Positions 16,024 to 24,023 of a stretch of 48,589 bases of DNA are shown in pieces. The notes beneath the pieces were generated by a model. The model did not search any database, was not told the DNA's origin, and saw only the letters and a list, made by a program, of their open reading frames with translations. Numbering within the stretch: position 1 is the stretch's first letter; each line of letters begins with the position of its first letter. Source of the DNA: Dehalococcoidia bacterium (GTDB lineage: Bacteria; Chloroflexota; Dehalococcoidia; Lucifugimonadales; UBA3495). The stretch covers positions 1 through 48,589 of the forward strand of contig JAJEDS010000190.1 of NCBI GenBank assembly GCA_022821365.1, written 5' to 3'. The position numbers were made by a program, and so were the translations under genes.

Positions 16024-16387
16024 TCCCACCCCTCCTTTGCCCAACTAACCCAGTTCCTTAAATCCCTTTAGCCGCCGCCTGACCCGACCTACGCCCAATT
16101 GGCGCCTCGTCAATGCGCTATTCGACGGGAATTCCTTTTGTTGCTTCCCCCGCGTTGCCTTAACTTATGAACAACCTGCCATAACTGCGGGTGTATAATC
16201 AGATAGTAGCGTCGCCTGTCCCACAATTTGCCCATAATTACGTTTTATCATATGGCAGGCGGCGGCAGGCGGCCACGAAAAGGATTTTTGGCTAGTCGCT
16301 TCTCCCCAACAATAGAAGGGTTTCCGAAGGCAACCCGAGAGCGTCAACCAGTTGAACGTGTTTTCCAGTTCCATTCCCGGTATTGCA

Positions 16388-18832
16388 ATGCTCATTCGAT
16401 CCGGTGGCGCCACTGTCCCCCTTTTCCTCGCCGGCTTCTTCCTGATTTTCCTGGTTTCCTTCCTCTTGCTAGTCCCTGGCGGCCCGCCGTCGCCGTTGGA
16501 AGCCCAGACTGATCCCCAGATGGAATGCCCTGATTCCGGGAATTGTGAACCTAACGTAGAGGCCGACTCTCGAACTCCTGCAGCCAACACAAGCTACGAA
16601 GTGTCCTTCAGGACTCCGGTGGCAATTGCACCTCTAACCGACAGCATAGTCATGGAGCTGCACGAGGACATACGGGTGCCTCGGGCGATCATACCCGCGC
16701 TGGTGAGGGTCCAGTACGAGTCAAATGGTGCGCCAAATGGCGAAAGGGGCAGAGGGGTCGCGACCGATGTTTCTCTGAACGACCAGAACGACCCACGTCA
16801 CCCTACCACCGTCAGGATTACGCACGGAATTCGGTCTGCAGGAGAAAATGGGAGTCCAGTCGTTATCCCTGCTAACGCCACCGTCACCGTAATTTTCGAC
16901 AAGAACGCCGGCATTTCCAACCCCACCGAGGGCGGCGCTTTTTCCTGGAAAGTAGGCGTGGGAGACGACGAAAACCTGGTGGATGCCAAGCACCCCGACG
17001 TTGACGTGCGCAAGGCCTTTTTGGCCGCCTCGGGCGCTGTCGAAGATGCCGATGTCGGCCTGCTGGTGGACCGGGAAATACAGTTGAGCCACGAGGAGAT
17101 CAGCCGAGGCCAGTCCCTCACCGTCATCGCCCGGGGCTTCAAGAACGGCCATACCCTGACGGTGTGGCGGGACGCGAATGTCAACGGCATGCGGGAAACC
17201 GGAGAAAGCGACCTTTGCCAGGTGTTGGTGGAGGGCAATGACATCGGCTATTGCAACTTTAACGTCCATTCGCCGCCTTTTTCGGCCGGATTTGGAGAGT
17301 GCACCGACGAGTCAAAGCTGGACTGCAATTTCATCAACGCGGTGGACGGCCTTAGCGGATCTTCGGTTATAGTGATGGATGAAGATGATCCAAGCTCCAT
17401 TTACGAAGCCGATCAGATACTGGAACTGGTGGGCCGGATTGAGGCCGATATCGTCCAGGGGCCGGGTGGCGATATCCAGGTGCAGTTAATCGACTTCCCA
17501 GAAGGTGTGATAACTGCCGTTACCATTGGCGGGGTACCCGCGGAAGTGGACCAACTTAGGATCGGTCCTTCGGGCAGGCTCTATTTCAGCGTTCCGGTTC
17601 CCGATGAAGTTCGCCTGGGCCGGCAATATCTGCGGGTCGAAGTGGACAGAGTCGACAATCTGGAGCCTGACCCCTACTCTCGTGAAGTTATAATTGACAT
17701 CTCCCAGCCAAAGGCCATAGTCCGTATCTTCCCCGAGACGGTGCTGGCCAATCAACGGGTTTCCCTGTCGGGCCTTGGCTTTCACGATGAACGTGGAACG
17801 ACAATCGAAGAAGTCCGCTTTGGCGGTTACACGCTCAAGCCTTCCCGGGTCAACGGGGGTGTTGGAACCATAGACGTAGCTGGGGACGGCAATTGGAACG
17901 GATCGGTGGATTTGCCCATTGTGGAGGCCACCACCTCAGAAGGGACCCACACCCTGCGGGCAAAGGACAGTCGGGGCCGCACCTGTTCGGTGGAGGTCAC
18001 CGTGCCCCCCAGGCAAGTGACGGTCTCGCCCATCTGGGGCCGGCCGGGGACCACGATCGAGGTAACCGGCACGGGTTTCCCCAGCCGCAACGACCACGGC
18101 TCCAGTGTCAACCTGCGCATCTACTACGATGCCGGAGACCGCTTCACAGTCAATTTCGCCGAGCCCGACGCCAACGGGAACTTCTCCCGGGAAATACTGA
18201 TTCCCCTGAAGACACCCACCCCTTCTTCCAATTTTGTCCGAGTTGAATTTGACGATGACAACGGTATAACCGTGGTAACATCGGCGCCCCATGAAGTGCC
18301 CGGGGCAGTGGTCCGGCTTAGCCCCAACGTCGGGCCCCCAGGGACTCGCTTCACCATGAGGGGGGCCGGATTCAGGCATCACATACCGGTGTCCCTGGTA
18401 GAGTTTTCCGATATCGACGTTTCACCCGGTCACGGGGTTTCGACCGACGCCAACGGCGAGTTTGAAGTGGACCTGGTGGCTCCCGGCCTGGATACAGGTC
18501 AGCAGACCGTACGGGCCACTGTGGCCGGGGTCACCGCCAGCGCTACCTTCTACATGAAACCGCCCGGAGTCGTACCCGGGTCTCCGACTCCGGTGGCAAG
18601 AGCGCTGGAGGGCCTGGGTGACCGGCTCCTTCGAGTCTTCCACTTCAACAACGACACCAAGGTCTGGGCCTTCTACGCCCCGGCGGTGGCTGGCGACAGC
18701 ACTTTAGACTTGATGGTTGAAGGGGAAACCTATTTGGTTCTGGTCAGCGAGACGACGCAAGCCATCCTGAACGGAGAGTCCCGGAACCTGTCCTGTTACC
18801 AGGGCAACTGCTGGAACCAGATAGTGTGGTAA
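16388..18832 (+). CDS. Large secreted or membrane-anchored surface protein with repeated IPT/TIG-like Ig-fold modules and a conserved Cys-containing C-terminal domain
   Basis: The ORF is open from TTG 16352. ATG 16388 gives MLIRSGG followed by a hydrophobic segment (PLFLAGFFLIFLVSFLLLV). At least four G.GF modules are present: SLTVIARGFKNG, RVSLSGLGFHDE, TIEVTGTGFPSR and RFTMRGAGFRHH. The C-terminus is shared with 20276-20914. Confidence 0.7.
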   Translation: MLIRSGGATVPLFLAGFFLIFLVSFLLLVPGGPPSPLEAQTDPQMECPDSGNCEPNVEADSRTPAANTSYEVSFRTPVAIAPLTDSIVMELHEDIRVPRAIIPALVRVQYESNGAPNGERGRGVATDVSLNDQNDPRHPTTVRITHGIRSAGENGSPVVIPANATVTVIFDKNAGISNPTEGGAFSWKVGVGDDENLVDAKHPDVDVRKAFLAASGAVEDADVGLLVDREIQLSHEEISRGQSLTVIARGFKNGHTLTVWRDANVNGMRETGESDLCQVLVEGNDIGYCNFNVHSPPFSAGFGECTDESKLDCNFINAVDGLSGSSVIVMDEDDPSSIYEADQILELVGRIEADIVQGPGGDIQVQLIDFPEGVITAVTIGGVPAEVDQLRIGPSGRLYFSVPVPDEVRLGRQYLRVEVDRVDNLEPDPYSREVIIDISQPKAIVRIFPETVLANQRVSLSGLGFHDERGTTIEEVRFGGYTLKPSRVNGGVGTIDVAGDGNWNGSVDLPIVEATTSEGTHTLRAKDSRGRTCSVEVTVPPRQVTVSPIWGRPGTTIEVTGTGFPSRNDHGSSVNLRIYYDAGDRFTVNFAEPDANGNFSREILIPLKTPTPSSNFVRVEFDDDNGITVVTSAPHEVPGAVVRLSPNVGPPGTRFTMRGAGFRHHIPVSLVEFSDIDVSPGHGVSTDANGEFEVDLVAPGLDTGQQTVRATVAGVTASATFYMKPPGVVPGSPTPVARALEGLGDRLLRVFHFNNDTKVWAFYAPAVAGDSTLDLMVEGETYLVLVSETTQAILNGESRNLSCYQGNCWNQIVW

Positions 18833-18890
18833 TTTCCTGCGCTGCCAGTCCTGGACCAAGGTCCTGAAGCGACTGTCGAATAAATAGCTT

Positions 18891-18921
18891 GCCGCCGCTT
18901 CTGTTCAACAGAAGCGGCGGC
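18891..18921. terminator. Bidirectional terminator hairpin between convergent genes
   Basis: GCCGCCGCTTCTG-ttcaa-CAGAAGCGGCGGC forms a perfect 13-bp stem. The flanks are T/A-rich (aataaatagctt before it, gtcctcttc after it). Confidence 0.7.
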
Positions 18922-18951
18922 GTCCTCTTCAGGGCGTCCTGCCTGGTCAGG

Positions 18952-19596
18952 CTAAACTGCTCGCGCCCTGGGTTCCAGCACCGTAACCTGCATGTTGGGC
19001 GGCAGGTTGCCGGTGGTGACCGTCAGGCTGCGGCGGGGCTGGACTTCGCTAACGCCCATCAACTGCAGGAAGGTGTCCAGGTTGCCCAGGGGTTCGGTGG
19101 CGCCCGGTATCTGGTAGTGCATGGGGATGACGATCTTCGGGTCCAGGTCCTGCATCAATTGCAGAATGCGCTCCAGGTCCAGCGTGCAGCCGCCGCCGGC
19201 CGGCGCCAGCAGCACGTCCACCGGCTGAAGCTCCTCCACCTGACGCGTGGTCAAGGGTGTGGCGATGTCCCCCAGGTGGCACACGTTGACGTTGTCCATC
19301 ACGATGGAATAGGCCACGTTGCGCTCCTTCTGGGGCTGCCCTTCCTTCAGGGTGGTCATAACGCCCCGGGCCGCTACTCCAGAGTACTCATACTCCCCGG
19401 GGGCGTCGAACACCTTGGGCGCCCCGCCCACTTCCAGGCGGTTACTGTGGTTGGGGTGGGTGTTGCTGATGGTTACCACGGTGGCTTGCCGGTTTTCGGG
19501 GCGGAGACCCAGGGAAGAGGGGAAGGGGTCAGTTACAACCACCAGGTCGTCGGAACGCAGTCGGAAGCAGGCGTGGCCCAGCCAGGTAATTTCCAT
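18952..19596 (-). CDS. MBL-fold metal-dependent hydrolase (UPF0173-like)
   Basis: N-terminus MEITWLGHACFRL...VVTDPF, which is the typical UPF0173/MBL pattern. 214 aa. It starts 4 nt after the bioY stop. Confidence 0.8.
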   Translation of the reverse strand: MEITWLGHACFRLRSDDLVVVTDPFPSSLGLRPENRQATVVTISNTHPNHSNRLEVGGAPKVFDAPGEYEYSGVAARGVMTTLKEGQPQKERNVAYSIVMDNVNVCHLGDIATPLTTRQVEELQPVDVLLAPAGGGCTLDLERILQLMQDLDPKIVIPMHYQIPGATEPLGNLDTFLQLMGVSEVQPRRSLTVTTGNLPPNMQVTVLEPRARAV

Positions 19597-19600
19597 AGTC

Positions 19601-20215
19601 TTATTGATCCCTTCCCTTCACCAGATTCACCAGTTTCCAGGCCCCCGGCAGCAGCAGGGAAGCCGCAACCAGCTTGACCGCGTCCCCCACAACGAAGGGA
19701 TACAGTCCCCACTCCAAGGTGGTAGCCCAGCGACTCTCCGCCGGCGCGAAGGTGGTCAGCCATAGCAGCCCCGGCACGTAGAGGATTACGTTTCCGGCCA
19801 GCATTGCCAACAGGATCTGGGGCCTGCGGTCCCAGCCCCTTTCCGCCAGCCATCCCACGGCAAAGGCCGCCGGAATGAACCCAACGATGTAACCACCCGA
19901 GGCGATGCTCCCCACGAAGCCCGAAGCGCCGCCGGCGTAAAAGGGCAGCCAGGTGCCCGCCACCAGGTACAGCAACAACGCCGACGCGCCACGCCAGCTG
20001 CCCAGGCTGGCGCCCACCAGCAGTACCGCAAAGGTCTGGCCCGTTATGGGCACCGGCGTGAACCCGAGGGGTATCTTAACCTGGGCCAGCAGGGCAACCA
20101 ACAGGCAACCCCCGATTACCAGGGCCAGGTCGCGGGTGATTCGGCGGGCGCCGTCGCCGACGGGGAGGACGGCATCGGCCAGCACCGGCCAGGATTGCTG
20201 TGCTCTAGCGTTCAA
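19601..20215 (-). CDS. bioY: Biotin transporter BioY
   Basis: Polytopic membrane protein containing VPITGQTFAVLLVGASLG, the BioY hallmark. The start is uncertain: TTG at 20215 or a downstream GTG. Confidence 0.8.
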   Translation of the reverse strand: MNARAQQSWPVLADAVLPVGDGARRITRDLALVIGGCLLVALLAQVKIPLGFTPVPITGQTFAVLLVGASLGSWRGASALLLYLVAGTWLPFYAGGASGFVGSIASGGYIVGFIPAAFAVGWLAERGWDRRPQILLAMLAGNVILYVPGLLWLTTFAPAESRWATTLEWGLYPFVVGDAVKLVAASLLLPGAWKLVNLVKGRDQ

Positions 20216-20275
20216 AAGACTTGTCCTGGTTCAAAAATAGGGGCATCCCTCTGGCGCACCGGCGCTGGAAACTCA

Positions 20276-20914
20276 TCAAGGCCAGACTACCTTGTTCCAG
20301 CAGTCGCCATCGTCGCAACTCAGTTCCAGTTGTTGCCCATTCACTATTAAGGTAACGGATTCCGTTACCAGAATCAAATAGGTCTGGCCCGAAGCCACGG
20401 CCTTCAACGTGCTCTCCTCAGGCACCAGGGGATCGTAGTAGATGAATTCACCCGTTTCCTGTACCCAGTGCCACACCCTTAAGAACTTGTTCCCCAGGGG
20501 CGCCATTGCATCGGTTACGGGCACGGGGACCGCTGCATCTGCGATTTCCGTTTCCGGTGAGGGAGACCCTGCATTACCTTCCTGGTCAGCCATTCTTTGG
20601 GGAGCAATGGACTGGGGAGCAATGGACGTTGGGAAATCGGGGGAAGCAGCTTCTGGCGTGGCTTGGGCCGGGGGTGTGTCGGGTTCGGCCACAACCGCAT
20701 TGCCCGCGGACGACTGCAACGGCACAAGGGTAGGGGCGTTAATTGTTTCAGCTTGCTGCGCCACACTGCCCTGGGGAAAACCGAGACTCCATTGGTACGC
20801 CTGGTTTGGCCCCGGGGGAACGAGATACACCGCCGTGCGCACCGCGCCCGTAACCAGCAGAATTGCTCCAATAGCCAGCAGGACCGTATTCCCCACGTTT
20901 AGAGCCATTGCCAT
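20276..20914 (-). CDS. Membrane-anchored protein with a low-complexity linker and the same C-terminal Cys-containing domain as 16388-18832
   Basis: ATG 20914. There is one N-terminal TM segment (VLLAIGAILLVTGAV) and a Pro/Ala-rich linker. The C-terminus FLRVWHW...YYDP...STL...GQTYLILVTES...NGQQLELSCDDGDCWNKVVW aligns with the end of the 826-aa protein. Confidence 0.7.
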   Translation of the reverse strand: MAMALNVGNTVLLAIGAILLVTGAVRTAVYLVPPGPNQAYQWSLGFPQGSVAQQAETINAPTLVPLQSSAGNAVVAEPDTPPAQATPEAASPDFPTSIAPQSIAPQRMADQEGNAGSPSPETEIADAAVPVPVTDAMAPLGNKFLRVWHWVQETGEFIYYDPLVPEESTLKAVASGQTYLILVTESVTLIVNGQQLELSCDDGDCWNKVVWP

Positions 20915-21247
20915 TCCCCGTCAGCCGGGCCGCAATTCAGTTTCTTCAGGAGAGACTGTACGGTACAACAATTCACTTCCAATAAGCTGATGTGCCCGTG
21001 GTCATTCTACATTCCTGCGAGGAGCGGACTAAAGCCGCATCGGCGTAGATGCCAGGGCCGGAAATCAATGGGCAGTATAAGTACGGCTGCGCAAAGGGGT
21101 CAACGCTTGACAGTCTTTTTTGGGGCGTGCTACTTTCCAATCACACGCCGCCATTGCTGCGGCCAGATTCAATTCGACTTGAAATCCCTTACCAGGGCAG
21201 AATCGTATATAATTGGACTGATACCCCGTTAGCTTTTGGGGCATGCG

Positions 21248-22303
21248 ATGCTAACCCAACGCGCTGGCAGCGTATTAAACATCCTGGTTACCGAATACAT
21301 CAGCACCGCCAATCCGGTGGCGTCGGAGGAGATTGCCCGTCTTTCTCCTACCAAGGTCAGCCCGGCCACCGTCCGCAACGCCATGTCCCTCCTCACCGAC
21401 GAGGGCTACATTTCCAGGCCCCACGTCTCTGCGGGCGCCGTCCCCCTGGACCGGGGATACCGTTACCACGTGGAAACCCTGGATGAGGTTCCCCCACTGC
21501 CTGTCAGCATACAGCAGCAGATTCTTCACCACTTCGACCGGACCGACGCCGACCTGGCCGAATTGAGCCGGCGCTGCGCCCTGGTACTCTCTCGCATAAC
21601 CACCAACATGGCTATCGTGACCGTGCCCCAGGCCCGCTCTCCCCGGGTCAGGCACATCCAGCTGGTTTACCTGGATGAACTCTCGGTCCTGGTGATCCTG
21701 GTCCTGCAGGACGCAAGGTTGCTCAGGCGCCTGCTGACCGTGGATGAACCCACGGATCAGGGCGCGTTGAGCCAGGTGGCAAATTACCTGAACGACCGTT
21801 TCAGCGGCCTTACATTGCCGGCAATCGAAGGGTCGGATATTGAAAGTGTGTCCGGCGACTACGGCCCACTGGCGGAACGAGTGCGCCAGAGTACACTGTC
21901 TCTGCTCCGGGAAGCCGACACCTACTCAATGCCTGAGCATTACGTGGACGGACTGCGCTGGCTGTTGAACCAGCCGGAAATGGCCCAGGGCAGCCAGGCC
22001 AGGGAACTGGTGGAATTGCTGGAGGAGCAGGTGCTGCTGGACAGCGTCCTGTCGGAGCAGCCCGACAGCGGGGACATTGCCGTTTTCATCGGTGGCGAGA
22101 ACATGGAAGAACCCCTGCGACCCTTCAGTGTAATCCTTTGCCAGTACGGCATACCCCACCAGGCCAGCGGTACCATCTGCGTAATCGGCCCTACCCGCAT
22201 GAGCTACGCCGGCGCCATCAGCGGCGTGGGCTACCTGTCGTCTCTTATGAGCAGCCTGGTCCTGGAGTTGTACGGGGGTCGGGGGGCGGGCGGCGGACAG
22301 TAG
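21248..22303 (+). CDS. hrcA: Heat-inducible transcriptional repressor HrcA
   Basis: MLTQRAGSVLNILVTEYISTANPVASEEIA...VSPATVRNAMSLLTDEGYISRPHVSAGAVP is a canonical HrcA winged-helix N-terminus. The track ORF begins at TTG 21236. Confidence 0.9.
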   Translation: MLTQRAGSVLNILVTEYISTANPVASEEIARLSPTKVSPATVRNAMSLLTDEGYISRPHVSAGAVPLDRGYRYHVETLDEVPPLPVSIQQQILHHFDRTDADLAELSRRCALVLSRITTNMAIVTVPQARSPRVRHIQLVYLDELSVLVILVLQDARLLRRLLTVDEPTDQGALSQVANYLNDRFSGLTLPAIEGSDIESVSGDYGPLAERVRQSTLSLLREADTYSMPEHYVDGLRWLLNQPEMAQGSQARELVELLEEQVLLDSVLSEQPDSGDIAVFIGGENMEEPLRPFSVILCQYGIPHQASGTICVIGPTRMSYAGAISGVGYLSSLMSSLVLELYGGRGAGGGQ

Positions 22304-22338
22304 GCGGAAGCGGTTCAGATACACAGACTGCCTGGAGG

Positions 22339-22366
22339 GGGCGGGTTTGTAGCCCGCCCTTTTGAG
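22339..22366 (+). terminator. Rho-independent terminator after hrcA
   Basis: GGGCGGG-tttgtag-CCCGCCC followed by TTTTGAG. Confidence 0.75.
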
Positions 22367-22743
22367 TTTCTTGGACGCCTGTTGACCGTCGGTCGAAGTG
22401 ACAGTGAACAATTCCAGGGCAATCGCGTATTAACGGAAACCCATTCTTCCCCTCTGTGAAACTCCATGCCCCCAGTGAACAGACTCCCCATTTCCTGATT
22501 CCTGGTTCTTAATTCCTGACGCCCCCCCTTGCCAACCTGCATAACCCATCTCTACCGTAAATAATACCTGGCCCGTCGGAGAACACCTCCGCCTCAGGCG
22601 AAGCTGCAGCCGCCAGCGTCAAAGAGATGCAGCCCCCGCCCTCCCCCGCAAAACAAAACGAAAATGTCGGGAAATAACCGGAAATGTAGGAGCTAATTTT
22701 TTTCTGAACCTCCCTTCCCCCGAACGCCCGTGGGGGCCACCCA

Positions 22744-22774
22744 CATTTGTGAATATTCGTGTCCATTCGTGGAT
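22744..22774 (+). repeat. ATTCGTG-repeat element, family A, short form
   Basis: CACATTTGTGaatATTCGTGtccATTCGTGGAT, about 20 nt upstream of the ATG at 22796. Confidence 0.75.
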
Positions 22775-22795
22775 AGACAAACAGGAGACAAACCC

Positions 22796-23134
22796 ATGAC
22801 CCTGACCCAAATCAGAAACCAGATTCATCAACTCCAGCGCAAATTCGCTAAGGAACTGGCCGTCTACCGCCTCCGCCAACTGGCCGAGCAAATCGCCGAG
22901 GACTGGACCGTAGCCACCGCCGAAAAGGAACCACTTCCCAATCCGGTCCAGGTGGTCCAGCGCGTCGCCCGGGAGGGCCATGTCCTGAGGACCTACATGA
23001 ACCTGAACCAGTACGTCCAGCGGTGCATCGACGAGGGAAGATGTCTGGAGGCCCCGCAAATCGTCCTGGCCCTGCTGCCCTGGGCCTGGAACCACCGCTA
23101 CGACGACATCCTCTACGGCGAAATCCCCGCCTGA
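22796..23134 (+). CDS. Hypothetical protein (112 aa)
   Basis: ATG 22796 follows AGGAG. The translation looks plausibly coding but I recognise no family. Confidence 0.5.
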   Translation: MTLTQIRNQIHQLQRKFAKELAVYRLRQLAEQIAEDWTVATAEKEPLPNPVQVVQRVAREGHVLRTYMNLNQYVQRCIDEGRCLEAPQIVLALLPWAWNHRYDDILYGEIPA

Positions 23135-23315
23135 CCGGCGAAGGTTCCCGTAGGGGCTGCCCCTCGTGCTCTTTGTGGACAAAAAAGAGAGAACAGCGAG
23201 AATTAAAACGCGATTGCCCTGTGAACAATTCCCCAGCCAAAGTGAGCGCCGGCGCCAATGTGTTAAACTGTGCCAAAAGCCATACAACTTTTGGAATCGT
23301 ATATTTGGGGTGCAG

Positions 23316-23966
23316 ATGTCCGATAACCACAGGCGAATGCTGGCATTAACGACATTGCCTCTGTTGATTGTGGGCATTATCGTTGGCGTCTTCGGCGGTT
23401 ACCTGCTTTGGGAAGAGTCTCCGGAGTTGGCCACGGCCGTAGGCCTGGCCCTTTTCATTATCTCCGCGCTGGGCGGGCGGCTGGCCATCGAAATAGTGCT
23501 GGGACTGACGCGGGTGTATATCGCCGTGTATGAAATTCAGCAGAACACGGTGGAAAACACCATCGCCCTCACCGAAAAGAAGGTCGATGACATGGTCCGC
23601 CTGTCTGAAAGGAATCCCAGGTTCGGATATTCAGACATCCAGACTTTTCCCCGGTTCGCCCGCCGCAACCCTGTCTTCCAATCGATTCGCAGGAAAGTCT
23701 GGAAGGCTTGCTGGTTCCTTTATCCCACGGGGCTGGTGTTTACCCTGATTACCGGCAGTACCGCAGCGGTTTTCGAGTTCGTCGGTATTGGCTATCCTCT
23801 CATTGTGCTGGCCATTGGCGGCGCCTTTACCCTGCTGACCATGTTGATTGCCTTTGGGGAACCGCTCTTCGGCAACTGGCAGATCATGCGCAAATGCAAC
23901 CGCATGCTCCAGGCTGCCTACCAGGTGGAAAAACGTCTGGAAAGCGGGGGCGCAGGCAACGTCTGA
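23316..23966 (+). CDS. Hypothetical integral membrane protein
   Basis: ATG 23316 (MSDNHRR). There are two N-terminal and two C-terminal hydrophobic segments around a charged middle. I recognise no family. Confidence 0.55.
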   Translation: MSDNHRRMLALTTLPLLIVGIIVGVFGGYLLWEESPELATAVGLALFIISALGGRLAIEIVLGLTRVYIAVYEIQQNTVENTIALTEKKVDDMVRLSERNPRFGYSDIQTFPRFARRNPVFQSIRRKVWKACWFLYPTGLVFTLITGSTAAVFEFVGIGYPLIVLAIGGAFTLLTMLIAFGEPLFGNWQIMRKCNRMLQAAYQVEKRLESGGAGNV

Positions 23967-24023
23967 AAACTCTGGCCTTAGCCCGCTCAATTCCTTTGGG
24001 CCGGCATAGAAAGTGGCTTAGTT

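Noticed and set aside
16175-16200. A perfect TATAAT (in gcgggtgTATAATcag) upstream of the surface-protein gene as its promoter.
   Set aside because: No acceptable -35 hexamer lies at 16-19 nt (the best is ACAACC). The upstream TG is out of register for an extended -10. I left it unannotated pending transcription start mapping.
21229-21254. CIRCE-like palindrome TTAGCttttggggcatgcgatGCTAA overlapping the hrcA start codon.
   Set aside because: Only the outer 5 bp of each arm match CIRCE (TTAGCACTC-N9-GAGTGCTAA). The inner arm positions neither match nor pair, the total length is 26 nt rather than 27, and part of it lies inside the coding start. It is too weak to call an operator.
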